DNA of 16,277 nucleotides from contig CAZUBM010000008.1 of NCBI GenBank assembly GCA_964618805.1, forward strand, positions 68,241 to 84,517. Direction: 5' to 3'. The notes beneath the pieces were generated by a model. It was not told where the DNA came from. It did not search any database and saw only the letters and a program-made list of their open reading frames with translations. Shown here in pieces: positions 6,858 through 16,277 of this stretch (within the stretch, counting starts at the first letter, position 1; each line of letters begins with the position of its first letter). The translations under genes were made by a program, and so were the position numbers. This DNA is from an uncultured Nitrososphaerota archaeon. GTDB lineage: Archaea; Korarchaeota; Korarchaeia; Korarchaeales; Korarchaeaceae.

Positions 6858-8114
6858 TCAGTACCTATACTCCTGACCACCTTGAATAAAACCGTAGCCT
6901 ACTAACCTCCATCTACCACTAATCCTCATGGAAATAGCCATTCTTTGTCCGATCTCTGCACATATTGGAATCTTTAATCTCAAACCATAAATGTCCTCGG
7001 GATCCCTCGATTCTACTATTGCAGGGACAGTTGCTGTTCCTACATTAATTTCAATTAAAGTCCTGACGTCTGGTTTCCGTACCTTAAGCTCTTCTTTAAG
7101 CCCTACAACTCTTTCTAGAAAAACACATTTCGTATCAACGTATTCCCATACGGGTGGGAGCTCTCCTGGAAGTCCTACTACATTTCCGACCATATAGTCT
7201 GCCTTTGTTAAGGCAGGATCGAGTTTTGTTCCAACGCCGATGAGACCTCCAGGCCTAGCATATTCTAGATCAACGTTTTCACTCCTTAGACTTATGATTT
7301 CTGTTGTGAGAGGCCGATATTTTCCTTCATGATAGAGACCAGGAAGGATTTCTATTTCATCTCCAACCTTAAACTGTCCCTGGACTATTGTACCGCCCAA
7401 TACTCCGCCTTTCAGGTTCTTAGGCTTGGTTCCTGGCCTATTTACATCAAAAGACCTAGCGACATACATCAGTGGAGGAAGAGTTGGATCTCTCTCTGGT
7501 GGTTTGAATCTCTCAACCATCTCTTTAATCAGATATCCTAGGTTCACTCCATGCAGTGCAGAGATTGGGATTACTGGGGGAACCTTCTCTAATTCAGTTG
7601 AGAGATATTCAACGATCGCTTCATAATGCTTTATCGCGTCTTCATCAGAAACCAATTCTATTTTCGTCTGAACAGCTATTATTTGCTTTACGCCCATAAT
7701 TTTCAAAGCTACTAAATGTTCTCGCGTCTGAGGTTGAGGAACTGGTTCATTAGATGCTATTACTAGCAATGCTGCATCCATTAATGTGGAACCGGCTAGC
7801 ATAGTCGCCATCAATGTGTCATGACCTGGGCAATCTACAAATGAAATCTTTCTCAACAAGATCGTATCTGAACCATCTTTAGGGCATTTTTTCTTAGTGG
7901 TGTAGCTCTCAGGATCATCCTCAGGGCATTTAGGACACTTTCTCAATTCAGCATTTGCATAACCTAATTTAATTGTAATGCCTCTTCTTAGCTCTTCGCT
8001 ATGTCTTTCTGGCCATATTCCTGTTAATGCCTGTACAAGAGTTGATTTCCCATGATCTACATGACCGGCAGTTCCTATGTTCATCTCAGGCTGTTTTGGT
8101 TCTTCTTCACTCAT
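6858..8114 (-). CDS. eif2g: Translation initiation factor 2 subunit gamma
   Basis: NIGTAGHVDHGKST, HSEELRRGITIKLGYA, DCPGH, PQPQTREH, RSFDVNRPG and GRWRLVGYG. Confidence 0.98.
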   Translation of the reverse strand: MSEEEPKQPEMNIGTAGHVDHGKSTLVQALTGIWPERHSEELRRGITIKLGYANAELRKCPKCPEDDPESYTTKKKCPKDGSDTILLRKISFVDCPGHDTLMATMLAGSTLMDAALLVIASNEPVPQPQTREHLVALKIMGVKQIIAVQTKIELVSDEDAIKHYEAIVEYLSTELEKVPPVIPISALHGVNLGYLIKEMVERFKPPERDPTLPPLMYVARSFDVNRPGTKPKNLKGGVLGGTIVQGQFKVGDEIEILPGLYHEGKYRPLTTEIISLRSENVDLEYARPGGLIGVGTKLDPALTKADYMVGNVVGLPGELPPVWEYVDTKCVFLERVVGLKEELKVRKPDVRTLIEINVGTATVPAIVESRDPEDIYGLRLKIPICAEIGQRMAISMRISGRWRLVGYGFIQGGQEYRY

Positions 8115-8523
8115 TCTTTGAATCAGCCCCTCCCCCCTCTTCCTCCTTCTTTCCTAGATAACTGACAATGGGCTCGGATCCCCACTCTATCACTTTGAGA
8201 TTAATTTGTTTTACATCTTCTAACAATATGTTTCCTCGAACAAGTTTAGTTCTTCTATCTCCCTTATGCCTGGGCCGAAAGCCCGGACCTCCCGATAATA
8301 GTATTTTCTTCCTGATGGTTCCATGAACCCCAGGGTGGAGGGGGAAGCCATCTTTGTCTCTGCCACCCGTTATCTTCAGTTTGTATCCAGGAAGACCTAT
8401 AGCTTCTCCTGAGACGATGTCACCAATCTTTTTACCCATAAGGGCACTACCCTTCTCTTTATCGAGATCTAATCTATATGTCTTTCCGGTCTTAGGGTCC
8501 CCTATACAGAGGATGAACTCCAT
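8107..8523 (-). CDS. rps6e: 30S ribosomal protein S6e
   Basis: DPKTGKTY, GYKLKITGGRDKDGFP, GPGFRP and VRGN...QINLK. Confidence 0.97.
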   Translation of the reverse strand: MEFILCIGDPKTGKTYRLDLDKEKGSALMGKKIGDIVSGEAIGLPGYKLKITGGRDKDGFPLHPGVHGTIRKKILLSGGPGFRPRHKGDRRTKLVRGNILLEDVKQINLKVIEWGSEPIVSYLGKKEEEGGGADSKNE

Positions 8524-8562
8524 TTTCTAACCTTCCCTCCTTACATTTAACATTATTAAGAT

Positions 8563-10392
8563 TCAACCCTCCTCTTCAAGATCTAGTTTTAAGTCTAATA
8601 TTCGTTGATAAAGCTCTTTCTCTTCTTCTGAAAGGACAGAGAAAAAGATGCTTCTTGACTTAGGGTCATATATTGGCTTAACGTCCGAGTAAAGGATCTG
8701 CCCTTCCTTGACATTTCTCCCCACAGTGCCTCCTCTTATTGAAATAGCTACCTCTTGACCCGCTATAGCCTCCATTTTTCGCACTCCTTGGTCTTGTATT
8801 TCCATTACAATGCCAACCCTCTTTCCTCTCTCATTTATTAAGTAAGTTGACGGTCTTAGTCTTCCTTTCAGTATCCTAACACCGACAATGGCCGGATTAC
8901 TCCGTCTGAACACATATCCTGGGAGTACTTCTAATTCACAAGGATAAACAAGACTAGACAAAATTTTTAGCTTCTCTTCCTCTCTCAATTTTTCTAAATA
9001 TTCTTCTAGTTTTTCTATTAATCCATAGATCACAACATCGCCTATCAGAGCTATTTTACTTTTCTTCAATTCTCCCTTCAACTGGCTTGGGACTCTGACA
9101 TTAAATGCCAATATAATACCGTACTTTTCATCTTCCTTCTTTACAACCATTGCCTCGAAGATGTCCTTTTTGGTCACGTCTCCTATATCGGCTTTCCTTA
9201 TCGGTATATTCCTGCTTCTAAGTTGGTTAACTAGGGCCTCTAAAGAACCAAGGGTATCGGCCTTGACGATGATACCAGCTCGATCTGTATGGATTATGAT
9301 TCCGCTAATCTCTTCCTCAACTTCCTTCTTTACTTCATCGAGTAAGCTAGGATCTCTGACTACGATCAAAGGAGACCCGGCTATTGCTTTGTCCAGACTT
9401 GGAGCTGCTATCATAATACCTGATGCTGCCTTTACTTCATCTACACTTTGAAACCTAGACCTTGGAGTTACTCTAATTTCTGCTAGAGGTTTTGGTCTAA
9501 GCAAAGCTCTTACATTAGTAATTATAGGACCGGCAGTCCCACCCAGTACAATAGTATCTCCCTTTCTAATTGTACCATCGTAGATGATAGCAGTTAATAC
9601 GGTACCTAGCCCGGGCTCCTCCTTAACTTCTAATACAGTACCCAGACCAGGTCCCTTAGATAATCTGAGCCTGTCAAGCATGAACCTCTGGACTAGCCCT
9701 AACAGTATGGCTAGGAGGTCAGGAATGCCCTCTCCAGTTATAGCACTTGTTGGAACGATGGATAAAACCTTAGTAAAGTCCATAACTCTATCGTATCTCT
9801 CAGCCTCAAAGCCAAGTTCAGCGAACTGATCTACTACCTTTGATAAACGCTTTTCTAGCTCAATTTGAACTCTTGAGCTTTGTTTTTCAAAGGATTCAAT
9901 AAAAGGAGAGCCGGGATGAGATTCCCACTCGCTTAAAAGGTCTATCTTATTTAGAGCAACAACGAAGGGGGTTTTGCGTTCCCTCAAGATGTTAATAGAT
10001 TCCGTAGTTTGAGGTTGAACTCCTGACAGGACGTCAATAACTAAGATAGCGATGTCTGCAACGGAACCTCCTCTTCTCCGTAGGTTAGTGAAAGCTTCAT
10101 GCCCAGGTAGATCGATGAACAACAGCCCCCTTGTTTTAAGCTCAAACTTGAGTCCAAGAAGAGAAAAAACCGGTCCACACAATCTTTTTAACACAGTAGC
10201 AGGGATCTCCGAGGCACCTATATGCTGCGTTATGGATCCTGGTTCTTTAGCTGTAACCCTGGTTCTCCGAACGTAATCTAGCATTGTGGTCTTTCCTGAA
10301 TCTACATGGCCTAGAACTGCTACGATGGGCTGTCTAAACTCAGCGCTAGTCTCTTCGTTTTGATGGATTAAATCCTCAGAAGGACAATTCAT
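8563..10392 (-). CDS. infB: Translation initiation factor aIF5B (IF-2)
   Basis: [57 protein letters not shown] and [12 protein letters not shown]; no intein. Confidence 0.98.
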   Translation of the reverse strand: MNCPSEDLIHQNEETSAEFRQPIVAVLGHVDSGKTTMLDYVRRTRVTAKEPGSITQHIGASEIPATVLKRLCGPVFSLLGLKFELKTRGLLFIDLPGHEAFTNLRRRGGSVADIAILVIDVLSGVQPQTTESINILRERKTPFVVALNKIDLLSEWESHPGSPFIESFEKQSSRVQIELEKRLSKVVDQFAELGFEAERYDRVMDFTKVLSIVPTSAITGEGIPDLLAILLGLVQRFMLDRLRLSKGPGLGTVLEVKEEPGLGTVLTAIIYDGTIRKGDTIVLGGTAGPIITNVRALLRPKPLAEIRVTPRSRFQSVDEVKAASGIMIAAPSLDKAIAGSPLIVVRDPSLLDEVKKEVEEEISGIIIHTDRAGIIVKADTLGSLEALVNQLRSRNIPIRKADIGDVTKKDIFEAMVVKKEDEKYGIILAFNVRVPSQLKGELKKSKIALIGDVVIYGLIEKLEEYLEKLREEEKLKILSSLVYPCELEVLPGYVFRRSNPAIVGVRILKGRLRPSTYLINERGKRVGIVMEIQDQGVRKMEAIAGQEVAISIRGGTVGRNVKEGQILYSDVKPIYDPKSRSIFFSVLSEEEKELYQRILDLKLDLEEEG

Positions 10393-10610
10393 ACTTTAAT
10401 AGACCTCTCTTTCCTCCTTCTATGCTTTAATGTCCATTTGACTTTTTCAGGGCTTCTCTTAAGTTTCAAAGCATTTTTTGAGCATTTTGATGAGCAGAAT
10501 AATAGAATGCGGCCATCATTTCTGACGTACATTAACCCCGTTCCAGGTTCAACTTCTTTGCCGCAGAAAGCACATTTTCTTACAAGAACCGAAGCCAACT
10601 CCCACACCAT
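10389..10610 (-). CDS. rpl24e: 50S ribosomal protein L24e
   Basis: [21 protein letters not shown]...FCSSKC...KWT; exact start uncertain. Confidence 0.97.
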   Translation of the reverse strand: MVWELASVLVRKCAFCGKEVEPGTGLMYVRNDGRILLFCSSKCSKNALKLKRSPEKVKWTLKHRRRKERSIKV

Positions 10611-10632
10611 CCCAACAAATAAACCTTGAAAA

Positions 10633-10845
10633 TCACCTTGGTTTTAGCCTTCTAGCCTCAATCTCTGTTTCTCTGAGCAACAATATATCACCAACTCTTA
10701 CTGGACCAGCTACATTTCTTGTTAACACCCTTCCCTTATCCTTTCCAGCAAGTATTTTAGCACGAACCTGCGTTATTCCGCCTGCAACCCCAGTCCTTCC
10801 AATTATTTCAACGACTTCTGCTGGATAAGCCTCATCCTCTGACAT
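10633..10845 (-). CDS. rps28e: 30S ribosomal protein S28e
   Basis: [14 protein letters not shown] and [34 protein letters not shown] at 10851-10855 favours ATG 10845 over TTG 10857. Confidence 0.97.
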   Translation of the reverse strand: MSEDEAYPAEVVEIIGRTGVAGGITQVRAKILAGKDKGRVLTRNVAGPVRVGDILLLRETEIEARRLKPR

Positions 10846-10894
10846 TTCACTCACCAAGAAAAGAAATTACTCGACCGTCTCTTTATTTTTTCGA

Positions 10895-11275
10895 TCATTT
10901 AAGCTCCTTAATCTTTTCTATAATGGCTCTCATTAGATTCTCGGCCTGTCCAGGGTCTGTGATTGCTACTGACGATGCTGAGACATCTATTCCAGCTCTT
11001 TTGCCAAGCTCTCTCTTACTGGGAACATAAGTATATGGCACATCCCTCTCTTCGCAGAGAATGGGCAAATGCGCTACTATTTCAGGCGGATCTACATCTT
11101 CTGCAATTATTACGAGCATCGCTTCTCCTCTTTCCACCATCTTAGTTGTTTCGTTGATTCCCTTCCTAACTTTCCCGTCTGTAGTTCTGACGAGTTCTAC
11201 TAACTCATATATCTTAGCAACTAAATCTTCAGGCACCTCATACTTAACGTAGAAGGGTTTGTCACTACGGTTCAT
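10895..11275 (-). CDS. rpl7ae: 50S ribosomal protein L7Ae
   Basis: [37 protein letters not shown] and YVPSKRELG. Confidence 0.98.
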   Translation of the reverse strand: MNRSDKPFYVKYEVPEDLVAKIYELVELVRTTDGKVRKGINETTKMVERGEAMLVIIAEDVDPPEIVAHLPILCEERDVPYTYVPSKRELGKRAGIDVSASSVAITDPGQAENLMRAIIEKIKELK

Positions 11276-11303
11276 CCTTCATTCCCTCCTCTCGGGTCTT
11301 CAC
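11273..11303 (-). promoter_or_regulatory. Putative K-turn in the rpl7ae leader (L7Ae autoregulation element)
   Basis: GA-CCC-gagagga-GGG-AAT-GA: 3-bp C-stem, 3-nt bulge ending in U and tandem G.A pairs; it overlaps the GGAGG RBS. Confidence 0.65.
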
Positions 11304-11321
11304 TTCAAGTCACTCACCTTA

Positions 11322-12419
11322 TTAAAAGTTCTCTGAATCTCGAACCATCTGCTTCATTAATCCTCTATACAAAACCCACTCTAACAACCTTCCTTTCAAC
11401 AAATACTTCTTTCTTATCTTAAACTGCGTGATGTCTGATGCCCCAGTAAGTGCTAATGCGGTTTTCATTTCAAGCACAAATTGATTTAAAAGCTGCAGCA
11501 CCGCAGAACTTCCTCCTTCATAATACGCTCTGAGAAATGGCAAGGCAGCTCCAGAATATCTTGCTCCAAGAACGATGCATTTAGAAGCATCTAGACCGCT
11601 GCGGACTCCTCCAGACCCTATGATGAAGACCTCCTTAGTAGCAGTAACCGCTTCGATTATGCTTGCTGGGGTAGGAATTCCCCAAGTTTCGAATGTCTCT
11701 GCCAGAGCTCTTATAAGACTTCCTTTTTGGCTTCTATATCCCTCTATAATAGTCCAGTTAGTACCACCTAGACCAGCCACATCTATACCAACGATTCCCG
11801 TAGCTTCTAATAAAGCTGCAGTTTCTCTAGATATCCCAACACCGATTTCTTTAACTATTACTGGAACATCAAGCTCATCAACTAAATTCGTTAAGGCATC
11901 TAGTAGGCCTTTAAAAGATGAAGATCCTTCTGGCTGTATTATTTCCTGCAACAGATTAAGGTGAACGGCAAGAGCATCGGCTTCTACCATGCTGACGGCC
12001 TTAGAGGCATTTTCTACACCTGAAGGTCCAATTATGTGGCTCGCACCAAGATTAGCTATAATTGGGATTTCTGGAGCAACTTTTCTCGCAGCTCTAAAGG
12101 TAGACGATAGAGAAGGATCTTCAAGAGCCGCTCTCTGGCTTCCTAAACCCAAAGGGATGCCGACTTCTCTTGCTGCCTCGGCAAGAGCTATATTAATCTC
12201 TTTAGCTTTCTCATGTCCTCCTGTCATTCCTTCAATAATTATGGGAGCGGAAATCTCCTTTCCTAAAAAATCAGTATTTAACTTGACATCATCCGGACCG
12301 ATCTCAGAAGCTGCTGAATGCAAAAGGATTACGTCTTCAAACCAATTCCACTCCTTTGACTCCACATCTCTCTCCTTAGCAATTATCAAATGGTTTAGCT
12401 TTCTTTCAGAGGTTTTCAT
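11322..12419 (-). CDS. fni: Type 2 (FMN-dependent) isopentenyl-diphosphate delta-isomerase
   Basis: RKLNH, MTGG, GSQR, HLNLLQEIIQPEG, VKEIG, GLGGTNW and SGGVRSGLD. Confidence 0.96.
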   Translation of the reverse strand: MKTSERKLNHLIIAKERDVESKEWNWFEDVILLHSAASEIGPDDVKLNTDFLGKEISAPIIIEGMTGGHEKAKEINIALAEAAREVGIPLGLGSQRAALEDPSLSSTFRAARKVAPEIPIIANLGASHIIGPSGVENASKAVSMVEADALAVHLNLLQEIIQPEGSSSFKGLLDALTNLVDELDVPVIVKEIGVGISRETAALLEATGIVGIDVAGLGGTNWTIIEGYRSQKGSLIRALAETFETWGIPTPASIIEAVTATKEVFIIGSGGVRSGLDASKCIVLGARYSGAALPFLRAYYEGGSSAVLQLLNQFVLEMKTALALTGASDITQFKIRKKYLLKGRLLEWVLYRGLMKQMVRDSENF

Positions 12420-13282
12420 TCAATGTACACCGCCGCAGATGCATATCCAACTACGGCTGAATAATCCCCAGTAACATCACCACTAGTCCTGTAATCTAAA
12501 ATAACAGCCTTCTTTCCACCTAACAACTTAGAACCAATTATCATAGCCATGACAGGGCCATAGCCGCACATAGATATATCAAATTCCACAACTTTCCTGT
12601 AGACATCTTCTTCGTTCATATTCTCTATAGCAAGAAGAACAAGGTGATCCTTCCTCTTAGCTTCAACCTGTGGCTCATAATGAGTAAGGTCAGAGGAAGC
12701 TATAATAACTGCATCTCTCCCGGATGAAGATATTGCCTTCGAAATGGCCTCTCCTAAACATCTAGATGTCTGAGGATCCTGAGCAAGCATGATAATCGGT
12801 ACAATTCTAAAGTCATCTCCATAAATAGCCTGTAAGAAAGGAATTTGAACCTCAATCGAATGTTCAAACTTGTGTGCAACTGGATTATCTTCTATTAACC
12901 TGCAATTCTCCTCTATAATCTTACCAATCTCAGAATCTAACTCGATCTCCCCAAGGGGGGTCTTCCAAATCCCTTCCTTCATTATGGACAAAGCACCACC
13001 TAGCCCTGCATGATTGGGCCCTATTATAATGAAGGTTTCAGGCGCACCGTCTTCCGCAAGGATTTGATAGGCTTTTGCAGCAGTTGGACCAGAGTACATG
13101 TAACCAGCATGAGGAACCATCAAGCCTCTTACTTTACGTGGACCAGAAATATTTGGTTCAGGTATCTTAGGAACGCCAACGCTGCCAAAAGCCCACTCAA
13201 TCATGCGAAGCAATTTATCCGGATTTGATGGGTAAAACTGTCCCGCTACAGCTGGTAAACGTTTCATATCCTTCCAATTCAC
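12416..13282 (-). CDS. MEMO1-family protein (AmmeMemoRadiSam system protein B)
   Basis: [51 protein letters not shown] and VVGYAS. Confidence 0.95.
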   Translation of the reverse strand: MNWKDMKRLPAVAGQFYPSNPDKLLRMIEWAFGSVGVPKIPEPNISGPRKVRGLMVPHAGYMYSGPTAAKAYQILAEDGAPETFIIIGPNHAGLGGALSIMKEGIWKTPLGEIELDSEIGKIIEENCRLIEDNPVAHKFEHSIEVQIPFLQAIYGDDFRIVPIIMLAQDPQTSRCLGEAISKAISSSGRDAVIIASSDLTHYEPQVEAKRKDHLVLLAIENMNEEDVYRKVVEFDISMCGYGPVMAMIIGSKLLGGKKAVILDYRTSGDVTGDYSAVVGYASAAVYIE

Positions 13283-13923
13283 CTCAAACCCACAATCCTT
13301 GTGGCAAATTCTTCATAATCTACATCCAAATCTCCATCTGGAGGAATATCTCCCCTCACTCTCAAAATCTCTCTGGTTAATAACCAAAAGACTAAAGCTA
13401 GCGAACGTCTACCTTTATTATTGACTGGAATGGCTAAATCTATATTGCTAAGCACGTTATCCGCATCTACAAGGGCTACAACAGGAATACCTGCCTTTAT
13501 AGCTTCCTTATGAGCCTGTTTGTCCACTCTTGGGTCTGATAAAACAATTACATCTGGCTCAATATATTCCGGAGAGCTAGGGTTAGTTAACATACCAGGC
13601 AGAAATCTGCCGGTTATGGCCTTAGCTCCAACATACTTAGCAAACATTCTTACCGGTTTGAAGCCATATATCCTTACTGAAGTAGCTAAAATCTTTGAAG
13701 GCTCAAATCTAGCAAGAAACTTAGCCGCAATTCTAATCCTTTCATCTGTTTTGTCTATATCCAGTATGGCTAGCCCATCCGGTCTTATTTTGTATATGAA
13801 CCGCTCCATATCTTTGGTATGAACCTTTGTACCTACTTGAACCCCTGAAGATAAGTACTTCTGTCTAGGTATTAGAAGACCTTCTTCCACTGCATCAGAT
13901 CCGCTATCAACCCCGCTCATCAC
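13279..13923 (-). CDS. rps2: 30S ribosomal protein S2
   Basis: [30 protein letters not shown] and [23 protein letters not shown]. Confidence 0.98.
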   Translation of the reverse strand: MMSGVDSGSDAVEEGLLIPRQKYLSSGVQVGTKVHTKDMERFIYKIRPDGLAILDIDKTDERIRIAAKFLARFEPSKILATSVRIYGFKPVRMFAKYVGAKAITGRFLPGMLTNPSSPEYIEPDVIVLSDPRVDKQAHKEAIKAGIPVVALVDADNVLSNIDLAIPVNNKGRRSLALVFWLLTREILRVRGDIPPDGDLDVDYEEFATRIVGLR

Positions 13924-13948
13924 TCATCCCTTCCCTCAAGAGGACTCC

Positions 13949-13958
13949 ATTTATAAAA
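13949..13958 (-). promoter_or_regulatory. Internal TATA box upstream of rps2
   Basis: TTTTATAAAT 26-35 nt upstream of the rps2 start. Confidence 0.55.
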
Positions 13959-13976
13959 CTAAATCATGTTTTCATT

Positions 13977-14186
13977 TTACCTTTCTCTATGTCTATATGG
14001 AGAGAACCTAAGGTACTCAGCAGCTAGATCGACATGAGATAAGAAAATCCTTCTGCAGCAATATCTATCTATTCCCATATCATCTAAAACATCCCTAGGG
14101 TTCTCTCCAGCTAAAACTCTCCTTGAATATTCCTCCCATTTATCTCCTATGACTTTACCGCAGGTGAAACACCTTATTGGAAACAA
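13977..14186 (-). CDS. rpoN: DNA-directed RNA polymerase subunit N (Rpo10)
   Basis: PIRCFTCGKVI...VLDDMGIDRYCCRRIFLSHV; TTG start with GAGGG upstream. Confidence 0.97.
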   Translation of the reverse strand: MFPIRCFTCGKVIGDKWEEYSRRVLAGENPRDVLDDMGIDRYCCRRIFLSHVDLAAEYLRFSPYRHRER

Positions 14187-14419
14187 CTTTACGTCCCTCT
14201 ACTCTGCTAATGCCGCTTTATAGGCATAAATAAACTTTATTGACATACTGAAACCGATTATTTTGTGCCCCATAATCTTTCCATCAAGAAAGAGCGGAGA
14301 TCATCATATCAAAAGAGTTATCTCTTAATAAATGAAGGAAGAAATCCACATATTTTCAAACTGATTACAATTAGTTATCACTAAAAGCATACAATGATGT
14401 AAGTAATGGAGGGAGTAAG

Positions 14420-15388
14420 ATGAGTTATGAACTATGGGTTGAGAAATACCGTCCAAAGAAGCTAGATGACATGGTTGATCAAGAAGAGGTTGTAGAAGCG
14501 CTAAAGGGATTCGTTAAGAGCGGTTCTATCCCTCATTTGCTCTTTGCAGGTCCTCCCGGTACCGGAAAGACGACCGCCGCACTTGCCTTAGCGAATGAGA
14601 TTTATGGACAAGAAGATTTGGTTCAAGCCAACTATCTTGAGCTTAATGCATCAGATGAGCGAGGCATTGAGACAATCCGTACAAAAATAAAGGATTTTGC
14701 AAAAACCGTACCTGCTGGAGGAGTCCCGTTTAAAATAATTCATCTCGATGAAGCCGATCATTTAACCCCGCAAGCACAGCATGCTCTAAGGAGAATAATG
14801 GAGATGTATTCATCAAGTACCAGATTCATACTTGCTTGTAACTACTCTTCTCGAATTATAGAACCAATTCAATCAAGGACAGCCGTGTTCAGATTTCTTC
14901 CTCTGCCAGAATCTGCTATAAAAGATAGACTGAGATACATAGCGGAGAAGGAGGGAGTCGCTGTTACAGACGAAGGGTTAGATGCTATAGTGTATGTTAG
15001 TGAAGGTGACCTCAGAAGGGCTATCAATACACTACAGACAGTGGCAGTTGTAGGAAAGGAGATAAACAAGGACCTTGTCTTTAAGATGGCCGGGTTAGCT
15101 ATGCCAGAAAAAGTTGAAAGGATGATAAAGGCAGCATATGAAGGAAAATTCCTGGAAGCAAGGGGGATATTGAGAGAGTTGATGTTAAAGGATGGGGTCT
15201 CAGGTGAGGACTTAATTAAACAAATATACAGAGAGATCTCTATGTCTGATGACTTTTCAGACGCTGAAAAGGCAAAATTGATCTCATATATAGGAGAAGC
15301 AGATTTCAGACTTGCCCTCGGGCTTCATCCAGATGTTCAGCTTGGATTCTTGCTTGCACAGATACTAGAACTAGGTTCGGCAAGGTGA
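14420..15388 (+). CDS. rfcS: Replication factor C small subunit
   Basis: WVEKYRP, GPPGTGKT, LELNASDERG, DEAD, QHALRRIME, IQSR and GDLRRAIN; no intein. Confidence 0.98.
   Translation: MSYELWVEKYRPKKLDDMVDQEEVVEALKGFVKSGSIPHLLFAGPPGTGKTTAALALANEIYGQEDLVQANYLELNASDERGIETIRTKIKDFAKTVPAGGVPFKIIHLDEADHLTPQAQHALRRIMEMYSSSTRFILACNYSSRIIEPIQSRTAVFRFLPLPESAIKDRLRYIAEKEGVAVTDEGLDAIVYVSEGDLRRAINTLQTVAVVGKEINKDLVFKMAGLAMPEKVERMIKAAYEGKFLEARGILRELMLKDGVSGEDLIKQIYREISMSDDFSDAEKAKLISYIGEADFRLALGLHPDVQLGFLLAQILELGSAR
14435..14469 (+). repeat. 35-bp exact direct repeat, copy 1 (in rfcS)
   Basis: TGGGTTGAGAAATACCGTCCAAAGAAGCTAGATGA, identical to 15404-15438. Confidence 0.95.
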
Positions 15389-15394
15389 AGAAGT

Positions 15395-16277
15395 TTGATT
15401 CTCTGGGTTGAGAAATACCGTCCAAAGAAGCTAGATGAAATAATCGGTCAGACCTCTGCCATAAAGCAAATCAAAGATTGGATAGAGGATGTCAAAAAGG
15501 GAACCGTTAGAAAGGCTCTTCTTCTATATGGTCCTCCTGGAACTGGAAAAACATCAGCTGCTCATGCAATAGCAAATGAGCTAGATTTCGATGCGATAGA
15601 GATAAATGCTAGTGAAACATCTGCTGGAGAGAAACTAAGATCTATAATAAGCAATTTAGGAGCGCCTTCTCTTTTTGGAAGAAATAGACTCATAATAATA
15701 GATGAAGCTGATGCTCTTTCCTCCTCCGAAGCTAAAGAAATAGCTAGGTTGGCGGAAAAGTTGGTATCAATGTGTCCTATAGTCATTACCGTTAACGACA
15801 TGTATAGAAACGTTCCCCCTGAAATACGTAAGATATCAGAACCTGTAAAATTCAACAGATTGAGATGGACAACGATAAGATCTGTGCTTGCGTCAATAGC
15901 AAGAGAAGAAGGCATAGACATGAGCACGGAAGTTTTGAAAGAAATAGCAGTGAATGCCTCTGGAGACTTAAGAGCTGCTATAAATGATCTTCAAGCAATC
16001 TGTCAGGGATCTATGGACCTAGTTTCAGAGATAGGAAAGAGAGTAGGGCAAAGAGATGTTGAGAAAGGCATATTTGATCTGCTTAAAGCTGTGTTGATCT
16101 CAGGAAGATGTGGATATTCGAAAGTAGTGCTAAGGAACCTAAATCAAGATCCTCGTTTTGTTTTCAGGTGGATAGAAGAAAACTTACCATTATTCTGTAA
16201 AGAACCCCAGGCTCTTCGTGCTGCATACGATGCTCTATCTGAGGCAGATCTGTTCTTCAAGAGGGCTTCAGAAACAG
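15395..16277 (+). CDS. rfcL: Replication factor C large subunit, 3' end outside the window
   Basis: Hand translation from TTG 15395 (GGTGA at 15384-15388): MILWVEKYRPKKLDEIIGQ...LLYGPPGTGKT...IEINASE...IIDEAD...SGDLRAAINDLQ...WIEENLP...AYDALSEADLF; open to the window end. Not in the ORF track. Confidence 0.96.
   Translation, partial: MILWVEKYRPKKLDEIIGQTSAIKQIKDWIEDVKKGTVRKALLLYGPPGTGKTSAAHAIANELDFDAIEINASETSAGEKLRSIISNLGAPSLFGRNRLIIIDEADALSSSEAKEIARLAEKLVSMCPIVITVNDMYRNVPPEIRKISEPVKFNRLRWTTIRSVLASIAREEGIDMSTEVLKEIAVNASGDLRAAINDLQAICQGSMDLVSEIGKRVGQRDVEKGIFDLLKAVLISGRCGYSKVVLRNLNQDPRFVFRWIEENLPLFCKEPQALRAAYDALSEADLFFKRASET
15404..15438 (+). repeat. 35-bp exact direct repeat, copy 2 (in rfcL)
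   Basis: Identical to 14435-14469; 969 bp apart and in the same reading frame. Confidence 0.95.

Noticed and set aside
3670-13822. Plus-strand ORFs opposite the minus-strand genes (e.g. 4775..5311, 6322..6576, 11575..11964, 11989..12474, 13520..13822)
   Set aside because: They lie antisense to better-supported genes, mostly have Ser/Leu/Ile-rich shadow composition and show no motifs.
14187-14419. Replication origin or C/D sRNA in the AT-rich rpoN-rfcS divergent gap
   Set aside because: TTCCATCAAGAAA only loosely resembles an ORB, is not repeated, lacks a G-string and has no adjacent cdc6. The minus-strand ATGATGA at 14301-14307 has no properly spaced CTGA. Divergent promoters explain the gap.
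8563-15388. Inteins in infB or rfcS, both common intein hosts
   Set aside because: Protein lengths are normal and the motifs are contiguous.
14435-15438. CRISPR or DGR interpretation of the 35-bp repeat
   Set aside because: Only two copies 969 bp apart, both within coding sequence, with no adenine-specific mismatches and no cas or reverse transcriptase gene in the window.
14869-15927. Minus-strand ORFs 14869..15069 and 15562..15927
   Set aside because: Antisense to rfcS and rfcL.

Overview
Archaeal core-genome window (about 40% GC). GGTGA/GGAGG ribosome-binding sites, a Sulfolobus-type proteasome beta subunit and BHB tRNA introns suggest a TACK/Thermoproteota-type archaeon; finer taxonomy cannot be fixed from this window. 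Left to right: a partial membrane-anchored winged-helix regulator (-, absent from the ORF track); a small Toprim gene and a UPF0201 gene (+); psmB, M20 hydrolase, NOG1 GTPase and RNase Z (-); intron-containing tRNA-Thr(GGT) and tRNA-Gly(TCC) flanking an orphan ORF; a long minus-strand cluster (rpoN, rps2, MEMO1, fni, rpl7ae, rps28e, rpl24e, aIF5B, rps6e, aIF2-gamma); and divergent rfcS plus partial rfcL (+). I see no mobile element, CRISPR array or defence system, and no clear multi-gene novel system. The strongest unexplained signals are a perfect 35-bp in-frame repeat shared by the 5' ends of rfcS and rfcL, a tRNA-Gly with C33 instead of U33, a K-turn over the rpl7ae ribosome-binding site, and the orphan gene between the tRNAs.
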